This document shows, in pieces, positions 63,290-64,000 of a stretch of 64,000 nucleotides of DNA (the first letter of the stretch is position 1; each line of letters starts with the position of its first letter). This DNA is from Camelus dromedarius. Taxonomy: Eukaryota. The DNA lies in the NCBI RefSeq assembly GCF_036321535.1, contig NC_087437.1, positions 78,184,001 to 78,248,000 on the forward strand, in the 5' to 3' direction. The notes beneath the pieces are model-generated. The model saw only the letters and a list, made by a program, of their open reading frames with translations. It ran no database searches and had not been told where the DNA came from. The position numbers were made by a program, and so were the translations under genes.

Positions 63290-63560
63290 ATTGCAAATGT
63301 CCTTGCTCCACATTTTAATGAATGATTCAGATAAAGATATAGTTGTGCTTATCAAATTTGTGTGCATCCTATAAATATAAAAAAGAGCAAATGTATTATA
63401 CTTGATGTCAGAATTCAGATTTGAGAATAGGTCAACAGACTAGATTATAATAGGCTCAAAATAATAATTAATAACCTGGTAAATGTGAAATTAGGAAGAA
63501 TCAATTTTTTAAATTTCAGTATTGAAACAGTCTGGATTGAGAGAACTTTAGAATAAAGAC
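63290..63560 (+). mobile_element. CR1 (L3) LINE relic, RT 3' region
   Basis: 'acattttaatgaatgattcagataaagatatagttgtgcttatcaaatttg...gatgtcagaattcagatttgagaataggtcaacagactag' tracks CR1 IFINDLD...LIKFADD...RIRIQ.DLDRLE. Confidence 0.65.
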
Positions 63561-63714
63561 AATAAATACATGGTAAGAGTGTCCCACTTACCATTCCTTT
63601 GACCAAGGAGACATTATTAATTGTCAGCACACTTTCCCCTGGAGCCAGGATTAAATTTTAGATCTAGCTCAACAAAATGACTAAATTGATTATAATTGGC
63701 ATCAGAGTTACAAC

Positions 63715-63895
63715 ATACAGGTTTTGGATTTGGGGCCCAGTCCTAGTTCCACCCATACAGGGAACCTGAGCCACGTGACCTTAGTGAACTGGTTTCCCCT
63801 CTCTAGTCTTCAGTTATTACTTCTTCAATTGTAAAAATGGCATTTGGACCATTTGATTTCTAAAGTCTTTTCTAACTCTGATAGTCTGTTATTCT
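63715..63895 (+). mobile_element. MIR (MIR3/MIRc-like) SINE
   Basis: 'gtgaccttagtgaactggtttcccctctctagtcttcagtt...tgtaaaaatgg...ttggaccatttgatttctaaagtcttttctaactctga'. Confidence 0.75.
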
Positions 63896-64000
63896 ATCAT
63901 TTTATAAGTGAATCAAAATGCAGAAACATGATGTTCTAGATTTAAGATAACCAATAAATTGAATTAGATCAAAGGAAACAAGATTTCTAATATGAAGTGA

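Noticed and set aside
1..64000. Transposon strand bias as a sign of an enclosing gene
   Set aside because: L1s occur in large blocks on both strands and LTRs are only mildly minus-biased, so the host transcription direction cannot be inferred.

Overview
This is AT-rich, CpG-depleted mammalian non-coding DNA. I find no supportable protein-coding gene, CpG island, functional RNA gene or CRISPR array. Two tRNA-Ala(AGC)-derived SINEs resembling Vic-1, plus a matching young LINE-1 3' tail, point to a camelid (camel/alpaca/llama) genome. Roughly half or more of the window is decayed transposable element. That includes large LINE-1 blocks (0.4-11.4 kb, 18.5-20.7 kb, 35.7-37.8 kb, 43.5-52.2 kb, 58.6-59.6 kb), an internally deleted ERVL provirus with LTR16-like LTRs (34.5-39.8 kb), several solo LTRs, hAT/Tigger MITEs, and L2, MIR and CR1 relics. 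Every protein-like ORF in the track is a LINE-1 ORF1/ORF2 fragment. Three repeat-poor blocks (about 12.4-18.2, 21.6-28.5 and 30.3-33.8 kb) and a GC-richer patch near 62 kb are candidate cis-regulatory sequence. The most interesting readable structure is transposon history: a nested provirus that splits an L2, one L1-endonuclease site hit twice, an L1 with an internal inversion, and an ORF1-only (half-L1-like) element. I see no credible evidence of a new biological system. Family names come from recalled consensus sequences, not a database search, and most boundaries are approximate.
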